Below are positions 1 through 11,712 of a DNA stretch of 64,000 bases, one piece after another (position 1 is the first letter of the stretch; every line of letters starts with the position of its first letter). Below the pieces are notes generated by a model. The model had not been told where the DNA came from and did not search any database. It saw only the letters and a program-made list of their open reading frames with translations. Both the position numbers and the translations under genes were made by a program. The stretch comes from Neodothiora populina. Taxonomy: Eukaryota. The stretch lies in contig NW_027191413.1 in NCBI RefSeq assembly GCF_041146345.1, positions 682,001-746,000 of the forward strand, read 5' to 3'.

Positions 1-877
1 CTTCAACCCAATGACAGACTCTATCCCTCTTCCTGATGGCAAGGGTGAGTTCAAGTTCGAGCCTCCCACCGGCAAGGATCTACCGTCATTAGGTTTCGCC
101 CAGGGTAACCCTCTCTTCATGCCTACTCCCGGAAAGCCCGATCCCTCGGCTGAGGTCAAGGTCGATCCCTCATCCGACCGTCTCGCCATTCTCGAACCCT
201 TTTCGCCATTCCCCGAATCCGAACTCGAAGGTCTCCGCGTCCTCGTCAAGGTCAAGGGCCAATGCACAACCGACACCATCTCCGCCGCCGGACCTTGGTT
301 GAAATACAAAGGGCACCTGCCCAACATTGCCGAGAACACACTGATCGGCGCCATCAACGCCGAGACCGGCGAGACCAACACCGTCTACGACATCAACGAC
401 ACCACCTCGCGCTCCAACGGCATGGGCATCCCCGAGCTCGCCAAGAAGTGGAAGACAGAAGGCAAAGAGTGGCTCGTAGTCGCCGAGCACAACTACGGCG
501 AGGGATCCGCGCGCGAACACGCCGCTCTGCAACCGCGCTACCTCGGCGGCCGCATCATCCTGACCAAGTCCTTTGCGCGCATCCACGAGACGAATCTCAA
601 GAAACAAGGCGTCGTGCCACTGACCTTTGTCAGCGAAAACGACTACGACAAGATGGACGCCTGCGACGAAGTCCGAACCGAGGGCCTGTTGGATGTTCTC
701 AAGTCCGGCGGTCAGGGATCCGTTACTATCGTTGTCAAGAAGAGCGACGGCAGCGAGGTCACTATCCCCACCAAGCACACGCTATCAGACACGCAGTGCG
801 CGTTCATCCTCGCGGGCAGTGCACTGAATCTGTTGGCCGCCAAGGCCTCCAAGGGCGCCGCCGCCGCTGCCGTGTAA
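1..877 (+). CDS. acoB: Aconitase-family protein, Aco2/AcoB type, C-terminal swivel domain (5' truncated by window edge)
   Basis: Motifs KVKGQCTTDTISAAGPWLKYKGHL, NYGEGSAREHAALQPRYLGG, SFARIHETNLKKQG. KYKGH and GSAREHA match the Aco2 clade rather than Aco1 (KYRGH, GSSREHA). Stop TAA 875-877. Confidence 0.9.
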   Translation, partial: FNPMTDSIPLPDGKGEFKFEPPTGKDLPSLGFAQGNPLFMPTPGKPDPSAEVKVDPSSDRLAILEPFSPFPESELEGLRVLVKVKGQCTTDTISAAGPWLKYKGHLPNIAENTLIGAINAETGETNTVYDINDTTSRSNGMGIPELAKKWKTEGKEWLVVAEHNYGEGSAREHAALQPRYLGGRIILTKSFARIHETNLKKQGVVPLTFVSENDYDKMDACDEVRTEGLLDVLKSGGQGSVTIVVKKSDGSEVTIPTKHTLSDTQCAFILAGSALNLLAAKASKGAAAAAV

Positions 878-1777
878 AAAGAGAAGAAAAAGAAATGGAT
901 TGTCTGACACAGAAAACAGCGTTCAGTCGTATATTTCGTCATGAGCACAAACAAGAGAGGTTGCATGTTCTGGCCTACCTACACAAAAATAAAAGGAAGA
1001 AGAAGAACGACTTTTACAGAAGTTTGTACCCACAGAGCGATTCTCTGGGAAAGGGGACCTAGAATGAAATGTATATATATGTGCAGAGTTTCTTTCCCCC
1101 TTTCTTTCGCCTCAGAGAGAAATGTGCGCAACGAAACACACGGAAATGGCTTGAGCGAGGAAAGTGAGTGAGGTGATGCATCCTAGAAGCAAGGCACGCT
1201 GCGCAGTGTACTGTAGCAGTGCGATGGTTTACTAGGCTTCGATCCGACGGGACTGGACTCGACTCGACTCGACTGGGTTTCTCGGGCTTTAGTCTCATGC
1301 CTACCTCACCTTATTTTACATGTTTTGCCTTGCCTAAGGTACCTTGACTTACATGCAGATTATCTAGTACTTGCACAGACAGGTACACACTCACAGACGA
1401 CGCGACATGACCTAGCCCCACTCTCCTCTGCTCTCTTCTGCTTTTCTTCGTACTTGAAAGTTCATTGAGAGTAAAAGAGTATCATTTTCCATTTCCACAT
1501 TATCATAATCTCGAAAACCAAGAAATCCCCTTTTCAGCACCACGCCAGAGAGGGTCAGCAGCTTTTCCTTCCTTCTGCGTATCAATGCACCTTGACGAAT
1601 GCCCGACTTTTTGTTCGAATTGCAGATTCCTTCCTATCATGTGTGCGGCCGTGTCTAGGGGGGGGGGCTGAGATCGGTCGTCGCGCTGAGCTTCATCATT
1701 TGTCTGCCATCTGACGGCCAGCCGCCAGTGCCGTGCTTGCTGTTATCCCGCGTCGTTGGCGGATCAGGCAAAGCAGA

Positions 1778-3460
1778 TTAGACGTTCAGAGGCTCGGCCA
1801 ACATCCAGGGTGTCTCGCCTGCTGTCGTAGCCTCGGCGGCGCGCGGGCCCTCAGTCGACGCCGAACTTGGTTGTTCTGCGCCCGTCCTTCTTGCGGCCCT
1901 GTCGGGTCTTGGCACTGACGTTGACGAGGTATTGCGCGCCTGGGCATGTTCGGTTTCCGTCTCGGTTGCGTCGGCGTCTGTGTCTGCTGCATGCTGCTCC
2001 ACCTGGTGTGAGTCGTCATCGTTGTCTTCATCCAGGGAAGTGAAGAAAGCGGCGTATGGAGCCTCGTACCACTGGCGCTCGTCTTCGTGGAGATCTCTGA
2101 ATCGCGCCCACAGAGCACTGCGAAGTCTGATGCCTTGCTCGCGCCAGAGCTGGCGACTGTTGGCCGCTTGTGGTGCTCTTGAGAACGGGACATCTGGGCC
2201 GCTGGTCTGGCTTGATCTGTGTCTTGGCACATTACGATGCGAACGCGGTGGAGGCGGACCGAGCAAGATGGTATGACAGGCAGCTATCAGAGTGGCTTGA
2301 TCGCTTCCGGCAGGCAACGTCGTTGCCATACGATACAGTCCTCTCGCCAGCTGTGTCCGGCGCCGTGTGTGATCATCGTTGACCTCGCCCATGATCGCTC
2401 TATTGACGTGATCAATTGCAGCGCGTCCAGCATAGTGGCCACCCGTACTTGCCATGTCCTCGTCTTGCGAATCCGAATCCGAATCGTGTGATTGTGCTTC
2501 AGAAGAGGAAGTGGAGGATACCTCTATGCCCATTTCGCGCATCGTCTCGTCGAAAGATACATCTCTATCAGCTCTTACCGGTGCCATGACGTTCGACTCA
2601 TGATCGGGATCGGGTAAAATAGGCAGAGAATCTGCTGCAGCTCTTGCACTGGCGAAGCTTGTCGAAGCCGAGGGTGAGGTTTCGTCTGGTGTCATCGTGA
2701 CACGCATGACTTGCCAGGTATCAGCGGTGGGAGATGGAGTCTGACCGGTGGACACCTCGTCGTGAGCGGCGCCAGCCGTGCTGCGCGATGGGCTGAGTGC
2801 GGCATCTTCGGTTTGGTCAGGAGGAGCGGAAAGGTCCAGTGGTGGAGTGGGAAGATTTGCTCTGCTGGTGGACTGCTGAGCGCGTTCTCTCAGTGTGTCT
2901 GCATTGGCACGCCTGCTCGATGCTTGCCTAGCTTCTAGAGTTCGCTGTTGAGCTATTAGTCGCGACAGGGTTTCGCTGCGTGCAGCCCTTGGATGGGACG
3001 CAGGGACTGTTGGAGGAAATCGGGTGCCTGTTCGACGCGCGAGAAGACCACGACTCTCGCGAGGTGCGTCAGCAGTACCTGTGGCTGCGGGTGAAGCATC
3101 GCGACTCCCTGTCGTTGATCCGTGACTGGAGGAGGAGTCGCTACTATCAGGTTGTTGGACATGCTCTATGGCCTGCAAGGCGGCTGTATGGTTGGATTCG
3201 CCATCTACACGGCGAAGATGTGCTTGTATGCGGCGAGTTTCGCCGAGTGGACGTCGTCGAATGACGGAGCGAGCAAGAAGGTATTGCGGATTCGGGGCGT
3301 TGTGTTTTCCGCTGTCCTTGGATGCATGTGGCTTTTCCGCCTTGTCATTGTTGTCGTCGGAATGATTCCATATGCTGGCGTCGACATGAGATTAGCGTGA
3401 TAATCGGACGGAGCTGAGATGCGCGTCGCGTTGGCTGCTCGCGACTTACGGGAGACCCAT
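1778..3460 (-). CDS. Hypothetical disordered protein (~535 aa) starting MGLPIW; 11-nt first coding exon
   Basis: Exon 1 3460-3450 (ATGGGTCTCCC). Intron 3449-3375 has a GTAAGT donor, GCTAAT branch and CAG acceptor. Exon 2 3374-1778 is open throughout and contains the 466-aa track ORF. Total 1608 nt, divisible by 3. S/T/A/R-rich. Confidence 0.7.
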
Positions 3461-4132
3461 CGCGTCTGATTATTATGGACGAGGTGAATTCACGACCGAG
3501 GTTGTTGCTATTGTTATCTGCTGCGAAACGGACACGACCGCGAGGAATGCTCGGGAGATGACAGTGAAGCTCAAAAGGTTCAAAGTAAGCAGAGCACAAG
3601 TCAACAATGATGATTGTTGCTCTGATACTACGCAGATAAATTAAGCTAAGGTAGGTAACACTTGAGTAAAGGTAGCTTTGGCTGCCTTAAACTGCACCGT
3701 AGACACGCGCTTTGCCGTAGCTGTAGCTACGCAGCTGTGTTGGCCTGCCTTAGGCAACCGGTCAAAGCTCCTGATCATGACTCAAGACCTCCGACTTCAT
3801 ATAAGCCCGAGGTCACTACCAGCAAGAATAACTAATTATTCTTCACAACAGCATCATGTCAACGCTATTGCTCCTCCTCGACACCGCCGAGCTAAGGCTG
3901 GTGCTGTAATATCGGCTGTGCTCATCTAAGGTAGAGTATTTCTGAGGCGATCAAGAGGATTTCTACGGAAGTACTCGAAGCGAATTTATGTCATTTCCTG
4001 GCGCATGGCTTCTCCAAGTGCCGCCATACGCAAGTTCTTTTTATTCAGTCATCGAGGTCGAAACCGCACCCTCAATCTGGTGCAGATAGCGAGATCATAG
4101 AGATCCAACAACCCTTTTCACCCTTTAGCATC

Positions 4133-5563
4133 ATGATAGAACTTGGATTAGCTCGCATCTTTCGCCTCTTGGCTCGGACGCCTCTACCATGGCGAGCCAT
4201 ACATGTTGCTGGCACAAATGGCAAGGGCTCCATCTGCGCATACGTAACCGGTATGCTCTCGGCATACAATGTCTCTACTTTCCGCTCTGAATCCGATCAA
4301 TCTGCACTAAAGCACGGTCGCTTCAACTCACCTCATCTGATTGATCGATGGGACTGTATTACCATCGACGGGGAGACCATTTCCGAGTCCATCTTCCGCC
4401 AGGTCGAGGCCCGTTTGATCGAGCTTAACGAGAACGAGGGCATCGGCGCCTCGGAATTTGAGTTACTTACTGCTACGGCCTTTGAAATATTCACCCAGGA
4501 GAATGTTGATGTTGCTGTCATTGAAGTCGGCATGGGCGGTCGCCTTGATGCAACTAACATCCTTGGGCAGAGCTCCGGATGGGATAAGCCCGATGTTGCT
4601 GGCGTGTCTATCGACCAGTTCAGACCGAAACCGCTTGCCACTGCAGTGTCCACAATTGCCCTCGACCACCAGGGCTTCCTTGGCTCTACCCTAGAACAAA
4701 TCTCGACCGAGAAGGCCGGTATCATGAAACCTGGTGTGCCTGTAGTCCTAGCTCCGAACGATGCCACGGTGACGCAAAACCTTCTGAACATTGCGAAGAA
4801 AGTTGGGGTCAGTCAGATCATTCGTGCCGAAGACACTCAGGGCTACGAGAGCATTTGGAGCCACACCCAGAAGCCTCAACTGTTCGATAACGAGCAGGTG
4901 CGAAAACAGAATTCTGCCATGGCATTTTCCTTGACCTGGCTTGCACTTCAGCAACTGCATCGCCTACACGATCACATCCCCAGCGCTCTCACAGCTTTGA
5001 TCAGCTCCTTCAGAGAGGTGCCTTCACATACTATCTGGCCTGGTAGAGTCCAAGATGTGAGCATCGAGTGCATCACCGGCTACAAACCCCTGATCCTTAT
5101 CGACGGCGCTCATAATGCTGAATCTGCCGAAGCACTCGCTAACACTGTGCGCAAACGCACTTACAACGATCGACCAATCATTTGGGTTGTCGCGGCCTCT
5201 TACGGGAAAGATGTCAGATCTATGCTGCAACACTTCCTGTCCATTGATGCCGACCAGAGGCGTACACATCCCCCTTGCGTCATCGCTACCAGATTTGGCC
5301 CGGTGGATGGGATGCCCTGGGTGAGAGCAATGTCTCCTGTGGAGATCGTGGACCAGGTACGACAGACCACCAACCAGTGCAAATCTGCCAACTTCAGCGT
5401 CAAGCCCTCATATCAGACCGCTGTGAACGATCTGAGAGATGCTTTGGAAGAGGCTTGTACCATTGCAAAAAAATGGGATGGACTCGTCGTTGTGGCGGGT
5501 AGCCTTTATCTTGTTGGAGATGTACTGAGGATGGTACGGGAACACGGGGGCGACATATCATAG
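4133..5563 (+). CDS. fol3: Dihydrofolate synthetase / folylpolyglutamate synthase family
   Basis: Intronless 476-aa ORF with MIELGL start, IHVAGTNGKGS P-loop, FNSPHL, EVGMGGRLDATN, WPGR, IDGAHN, GSLYLVG. Confidence 0.92.
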   Translation: MIELGLARIFRLLARTPLPWRAIHVAGTNGKGSICAYVTGMLSAYNVSTFRSESDQSALKHGRFNSPHLIDRWDCITIDGETISESIFRQVEARLIELNENEGIGASEFELLTATAFEIFTQENVDVAVIEVGMGGRLDATNILGQSSGWDKPDVAGVSIDQFRPKPLATAVSTIALDHQGFLGSTLEQISTEKAGIMKPGVPVVLAPNDATVTQNLLNIAKKVGVSQIIRAEDTQGYESIWSHTQKPQLFDNEQVRKQNSAMAFSLTWLALQQLHRLHDHIPSALTALISSFREVPSHTIWPGRVQDVSIECITGYKPLILIDGAHNAESAEALANTVRKRTYNDRPIIWVVAASYGKDVRSMLQHFLSIDADQRRTHPPCVIATRFGPVDGMPWVRAMSPVEIVDQVRQTTNQCKSANFSVKPSYQTAVNDLRDALEEACTIAKKWDGLVVVAGSLYLVGDVLRMVREHGGDIS

Positions 5564-6556
5564 GCGAGCAGCTGGCTGCTGGTATTCCAGCTTCTGGAGT
5601 GAACTGAGATCATTGCGTCCATCGAAGATCCACCTTTGGCGTCAATGCTTCCCTTGATCTTCGCTCTTCAAGATGCCATGTAAGGACAGTTCGAGTCACC
5701 GCATTCACGATTTACGGATGGAGAGAGAAAAGTTTCCTTTCACAAGGACCCAATGGTATCATCTACAGGCACGGCAGCGATCTCGCCGTGAAGGTGCGTA
5801 CCATGAGGATTGAGTGCACTGTTATCGTAGCCTCGGAAAGACACACGACCTCTGGTGTTACGAAGGTGACGAGGAACTTGACACAGAGCTTTACAGCATA
5901 CCTGCAGATAGCCAAATGGTCTTCGCAAATCGAGCGACTGGCTGCAGTTGAGCCTACACAGGCATAGAATGATCACCACTGCCAAGCCTGATTTGAAACT
6001 TCACAGCATAGCACAGTAGCATTCTCACCTCCTTGAGCGGTATATTTAATGTACGATCAAACAATAATACCTCCGCTACTCGAGCAATCTCTGTCTGCAT
6101 CATCCTTCTGTCGCAGTGCTGTCAAATGTGATATGCAAGAAGGCCCCGCAGATCCAGTGAGCCTACCTTATTGAGCTTAGTTCATGAGGCATTCCCCTGC
6201 AGAATTAACGCTAAGGCAATCCTGGGAACCGACCCTGGGGTATAATTTTAATCGCAAGGCTAGCGGCGATGTATCTCCGCCGCAGATAGCCAACAGGCTA
6301 CGACGTGTGTCCAGCTACTCGAGAGGACATTCCGTTCTACACGATTCATGTATGATTTCTGGCGTATTGAAGTTCAGAAAGGGAAGTATCTCGATATACA
6401 CGGACAGCCACGTGATACGCCTTGCCCCTGTCCCTTTATAGCCCTATTCCGTGTTCCTGCATGGGACGGACGCTCGGACCATCTATAACACTGTCCCTTC
6501 ACTTGTACCTGATGTCTGACGTAAATCTCCATGTTTTGAAATGTCACGATGAATGA

Positions 6557-9424
6557 ATGAACGAAGATCTCGCATCTGTTATTGTCGGTCAGTCGCGGCC
6601 AGGTATCATGAGTACCGATGAACTCCTTGCATTTGCAAGGGCGGCACTCGATGAGACGGCCGAGAAGCAGCGTGCGGCATTGGATGGCGGCGCTACACTG
6701 CCGTTTGGCTATGGTCCCCAGCCAGGAGATACACTTGATCTGGGGGACAAAGGAATTAATGTGCTCCCGACCGAGCTCATCTTATTGATCAAGGATAGAG
6801 TTGAGAGGTTCGATGATGACATGAACATCTTTTGACGAGGATGACACTGAGACTGACAATCTATAGACTGGCTATCGGTCATAACCGCCTCTCACAAATA
6901 CCGTCGCAGATAGGTCTTTGCCATAACCTTTTGTATCTCAACCTTCGACACAATAACTTCACTGCAATCCCGGAACCAGTATGTATTTACATAAAGCCTA
7001 CCAGTCTGCAGATGATCTAATCGTAGAACAGGTACTAGGTCTAAAGAACCTCCAAATCCTGGACTTCAGTTTCAATCGTGTCAGAGTGATTCACGATGAC
7101 ATTAGGAGAATGTACTCATTAATGTTCCTCGCTATGGAGGGCAATGAGATCAAGCGCCTTCCCGTCTGTCTTGGACAGATGTCACGGTTGACCAAGGTGA
7201 AATTCGGAGGCAACCCGCTTGAGTTCCCTCCTCGTGAAGTCCTTACTGCCAGTGCCAATGCCACAGGTGACGCTCAGGTCGAAGAATCTCGCCAGATTTG
7301 TTCGCAGCTCAAGTCTTACCTGCGGGAATACGCAGCGAGAGAACAGCAAAGACGCAATGCGGCTGCTCCTGAGTCAAAGTCAGTCTATCAACAACTTATG
7401 AAACTGTCGTGTGATGGCAATTTACTAACAGTGAAAACAGCAGCGAGAGCAACATGGAAACGCCACGTCCACCTAGACGTACTGTGTCAGGACGTTTTCC
7501 AGTAAGACCATCCGTGAGCGGCATCGACGGCCTTGAGTCTTTGAGGATCAACACAGAGGGCAGTCTCATGCCTCCGCCACCGATCCCACAGAGATCAAGA
7601 GCACGTGATTCCCTTGTCTTGCAGAATGCTCCTCGTCGCCCAAGTCTCACAGCTCTGACTGTCGATGGTGAGAGGATTCGCAGCCGCAGTGATGGCATGG
7701 CAGTGACGGTCAATGCTCGCTCGAAACGGCTAGGTTATGTCCCGCGGAAGACTTCTGGTGGCGTTGCTCTGAACCCTACAGATAACGGCACTGTCAGGCC
7801 TTATCACTACCGCGGTCCTAGCCAGCTATCGACAAACAGCTTCAATGCCTACAGTGGCACAGAGTCCTCGTCAGGCGCTGTCAGCCCTTCCGAATCACCA
7901 GTCGCTCCACGTGTGCCACTTACCCGGAGACGCTTGTCAAGCTTGCCCGAGGATCGACGCGTGTCACGGCCTACAAGTATGACCATCAAGCTGGCTACCC
8001 GGGTTTACTTTACAATTTTCCAGCTCAACAGCTCCCTTGGCGACGCCGTGCGTATCATCAAGAGCGGTACACCCAGGAAGAACGCAATTGCCATCGAAAG
8101 AACATTCTTCGAAGCAAGTGCGTCATTGGAAGAACTCGGTCGCCGTCTGGACCAATTAGCTAGCGATACTGGCGCACACCGAGCCACCGAACGCGATCCT
8201 TGGATCCAGGCAATCCGCAAGAAGTCCGGTCATGTCCTCTCCGCCTACAGCAATCTCGCGGGTGAGCTCCGTCTGCACGCCCGTAGGATTAGTCAACGCG
8301 GCGAAGCCATGCACATTCGCAACCTGATGCTCCATCTTTACGGCACTCTCGTAGAGGTCAAGAACATTCTGGATTTCCAAAAGACAGAGATGATTCAGGT
8401 CAAGACACCAGTCATGAGCACACGCAGCTCACTCGCTACGTCGAGCAGCCGCTCTGTCACGCCAACACAGGCCAAACCGTATCCAAAGAAGCGGCTGCGT
8501 GGTGCCACTATCCTCCAACCATCTAGGCTCGCGACTCCAGGCTCCATACCGCCTCCTGTCGCTCTCAGTGCTAGTCGAAGTAACACGATGACATCTGCAA
8601 GTGGAACTCCACAACTCAGCGCGATCACACCTCGTTCAGGAGAGTCGTTCCCTTCGATCTCCATGTCCAGGAGTAGCACACAGCAAGGTCACTACGAAGA
8701 CTCCGACGAGCAGCGACAGTTCGAAGCGATCTACATCAAGTACCAGCATACCTGTGATATCGCCAGCCAAGTGCTTCCCAGTTGCCGCATGGATTTCTTC
8801 AATCGCAAAGAAGGAGCTGCGAGAAGCATGCAAGCTCGTGTGGCGCAACACTGGGCCTTGGTTCTAGAGAAATGCGACATTAGCATCAACGAACTCGAAG
8901 CTCTGAAGGATCGTCTTGCCGTTGTGAAGCTGAAGGATCCCAATCTCCGTTATCAACGCGATTTGTGGATGAATGGCGAGAGATTCACGCGGGTATGTAC
9001 TATCTTCTTCCCATTATTGGAACTCCCTTCAAGATTTACTAACGAGACACAGGCTTTCCTCGAGGTGGCGGTAGAACTCAAAAACATGCATCGTCAAGGA
9101 CACGATACCGCGAGCATCGGCAGTGTGATGCGACCTCTACACCAAGCCGTCAAGGACACATCTCGTACGATGACAGAGTCTCCAATCTACCAACGAGTCA
9201 AGAACCCACCCAGTGGCTATGTGACACCAATACCTGCCACGCCACTGAGCGCAGCGCTGGGGCCCGCGGCTCTGGCGACCGTGCCCAACACACCTCGAGA
9301 GACGCCAGGAGTTCAGTATCAGTTGGAGTACTTCATGAACAACATGAATTCGGGAGACGGTGCGCGAAGCATCCACCAAATCGACAAGACGGTTCGGCAC
9401 ATGAGGGATCCAGGCAGGGGTTAG
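6557..9424 (+). CDS. sog2: Leucine-rich repeat protein Sog2 (RAM/MOR signalling network)
   Basis: N-terminal LRRs (LDLGDKGINVLP, LAIGHNRLSQIP, LNLRHNNFTAIP, LDFSFNRV, FGGNPLEFPP), RRTVSGRFPVRPS, C-terminal PATPLSAALGPA. Introns 6808-6866, 6979-7031, 7379-7440, 8993-9052. Confidence 0.85.
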
Positions 9425-10266
9425 TTTGTGATCTCTTTCAAGGTAAGTCAACGACTTTGTCCACTTTGATTGGATATATGTCTTGGCCACGTTCCTTGGA
9501 CTTGGCTCGCTAGCTTGTTCAATTGTCGCTTGGGTAGCATGAAGAAAGATGGAAAAGAGGAAAATGCAACCCCGCGCAACTGAAGCTTCGCTGAGGCTAC
9601 TTGGAATGATCTGGTTGACTTGAAGAAATGGTGTGACGGAATGGATATGCAACCCTTCACAGGGATTTGATAAGACGAGGATGCTCTGACACGAAAGTAT
9701 GATCTGCATAAAGCATTGAAGCGTTGATTGGGGACGGGGAAAGGACAGGGTTATGATCGTCTGATTGCACTTGGGGCGATCATAGAGGCCTGGGCGAAAA
9801 TCATTTTTCGGGTTCCTTTTTCTGCGAGACCTTTTTATTTGAAGCTTTTATGAGGGAGCTGGAGGCGCAACATGGCGATTGACATATCAAAGGCACAGAC
9901 TGTATACTAGGTAGTAGAGGCACGGCACGGCGCACTGAACGCATCAAAGCATTTGCGTTTCCTCTATTTTTTTTTCTTTCGAGGGAACGGGAAAGTGATT
10001 GTTTTTTTCGACTTCAAAATGCAGAAGCGTGCAGGATTTCGTTACGGTGCGAGCTATTATGCCCGCCGAAGCCTTCTAAACGGTGACAGTACCAGGAGCC
10101 ATCATCCTCCATGAATCAACGTGAAAGTAACAACAAACACCCTGGCCCGAACGCCCTTTTTCCGATCCCGCGCCGCAGTTCCACACATTTGATCTTGGCA
10201 AGTTTTCGCAGTGATACGCTGATTGTTGCTTTTTTCGCGAGGATATGAGCAAGTCTACGCACACGC

Positions 10267-10889
10267 TTAGTCGAAAAGACCGAAGCCCATGTCGTCGTCG
10301 GACTCCTCCTTCTCCTCCTCCTTGGCCTCCTCAGCAGGGGCGTCGGCAGCGGCACCACCAGCGGCGGCACCACCGGCGGCAGGGGCGGCAGCGGCACCAC
10401 CTCCGGAGCCAACGTTCAGGAGAAGGTCCTTGACATCCTTGCCCTCGAGAGCCTGTAGTTGTCGCACACACATGGTCAGAAAAAAGGTCTTGTTCTACGT
10501 TTGCTTTGCTTGCCGGTTGCTTCCAAAAGGATTGAGAGGGTGTGATTGAATATGTACCTTGGCGAAGAGGGTGGTCCAGATGGGCTCAACGTCAGCGACC
10601 TTAGCGGCACCGATGAGGGTCTGGAGCTTGTCGGCCTGTAGAAAGAAAAGAATGTCAGAGCTGGAGTTTTATTTTCTTCATCATCGCTGCAGCAGCGCGT
10701 GTTGCTTCTCGTCTGTCTCTCGTGTCTCTGTTTCTCTTCTCTATCGAACTTTTTTCTTTCTCGCCGCTGCTGCTGCTGCTGCTAGATGAGGGGGACTTGA
10801 AAGGAGGATGCTCAGCGTACGGTGATCTCAATACCGTCATCGGCCAGGATGAGGGCGGCGTAGGAGGAAGCGAGCTCGGAGGTAGACAT
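10267..10889 (-). CDS. rpp1: 60S acidic ribosomal protein P1
   Basis: Spliced product [60 protein letters not shown]...[13 protein letters not shown]. Introns 10820-10636 and 10557-10453. Confidence 0.96.
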
Positions 10890-11241
10890 TTTGAGGGATG
10901 TTTTGTGGTGGTGTTGAGATGCCTTACAGTTTTCTGAAGGGTAACTGTCGGACTTCTTCTCAGTGGATTGATGATCTCTTTCGCGAAAGTCTTTCTGGGA
11001 TGCGAGTGTGAAACCAAAATGTCGACGCGCTAGCTCTCGCTTGTCCGGCGAATCGACGGCTCTTCATGCTTCTTGCGCCGGGGGCCGACCTCCGACTGGG
11101 CTTGGCGTTGAGCAGAAGTCTTGGCAGATACCCCCGCAGCCTGAGGCGACAAGAAGGCGACCGAGTGCTGTCCGTGCGCTACCATGACCACTAACGGGGG
11201 CCTGTCAGCCAGGCGGTCTCGTGCAGCTCTAGCCGGACAGA

Positions 11242-11292
11242 GACAGAGAGGAGAGAGAGACAGAGAGGAGAGAGAGACAGAGAGAGGAGAGA
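11242..11292. repeat. Purine-rich tandem repeat, 17-nt unit GACAGAGAGGAGAGAGA x ~3, in the rpp1 / YPL260W-like divergent promoter
   Basis: Two identical units 11242-11258 and 11259-11275, plus a third variant unit. Confidence 0.85.
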
Positions 11293-11712
11293 TGTCTTGG
11301 CTCAAGTGTGCGTCATTGGGTTGATGCCCGCCGCCGCCGCTCTTTCGACCTTCGACCTTCTGGGTGCTGGGATAAGCGATCCCTATCTAAGAGTAGCTTA
11401 AGCCTCCGTAGTAGTCACTTACTAAGGTACGTTGCGACCATTCAGTAATCTGCATCCGTGTCGCGTGGAAACTGCTGTACTACTACTATATACCAGACCG
11501 CAACATTGACAAGCTACACAAAATACACATCACTATCAGCTTAACAACCACAAAGGACGCTGAGATTGAGCAACTGTGACTTCTCTGACGACCACCACCG
11601 CCGCCACATCACCCCGCTCCTCTGTCTCTCTCTCTCTCCACAGCTTCCACCAGGACCCGGACAACCACCTCACCTTCCTTGAACAACTTCATCAACCCTC
11701 AACCATAAAATC

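Noticed and set aside
3205..3387. 60-aa ATG ORF as first exon or premature-stop allele of the 466-aa ORF
   Set aside because: Different frame; the MGLP micro-exon model explains the locus with canonical splice signals.
3899..4100. Possible SRP RNA (GCTGTAAT start, GAGGTCGAAACCGCAC, GATAGCGA)
   Set aside because: The helix-8 stem does not pair around GAAA, there is no internal B-box or T-run terminator at the right place, and the region is the fol3 promoter/5' UTR.
10655..10690. Box C-like ATGATGA and CTGA in rpp1 intron 1 (C/D snoRNA?)
   Set aside because: Boxes are only ~30 nt apart and the CTGA is the branch-point CTGAC.
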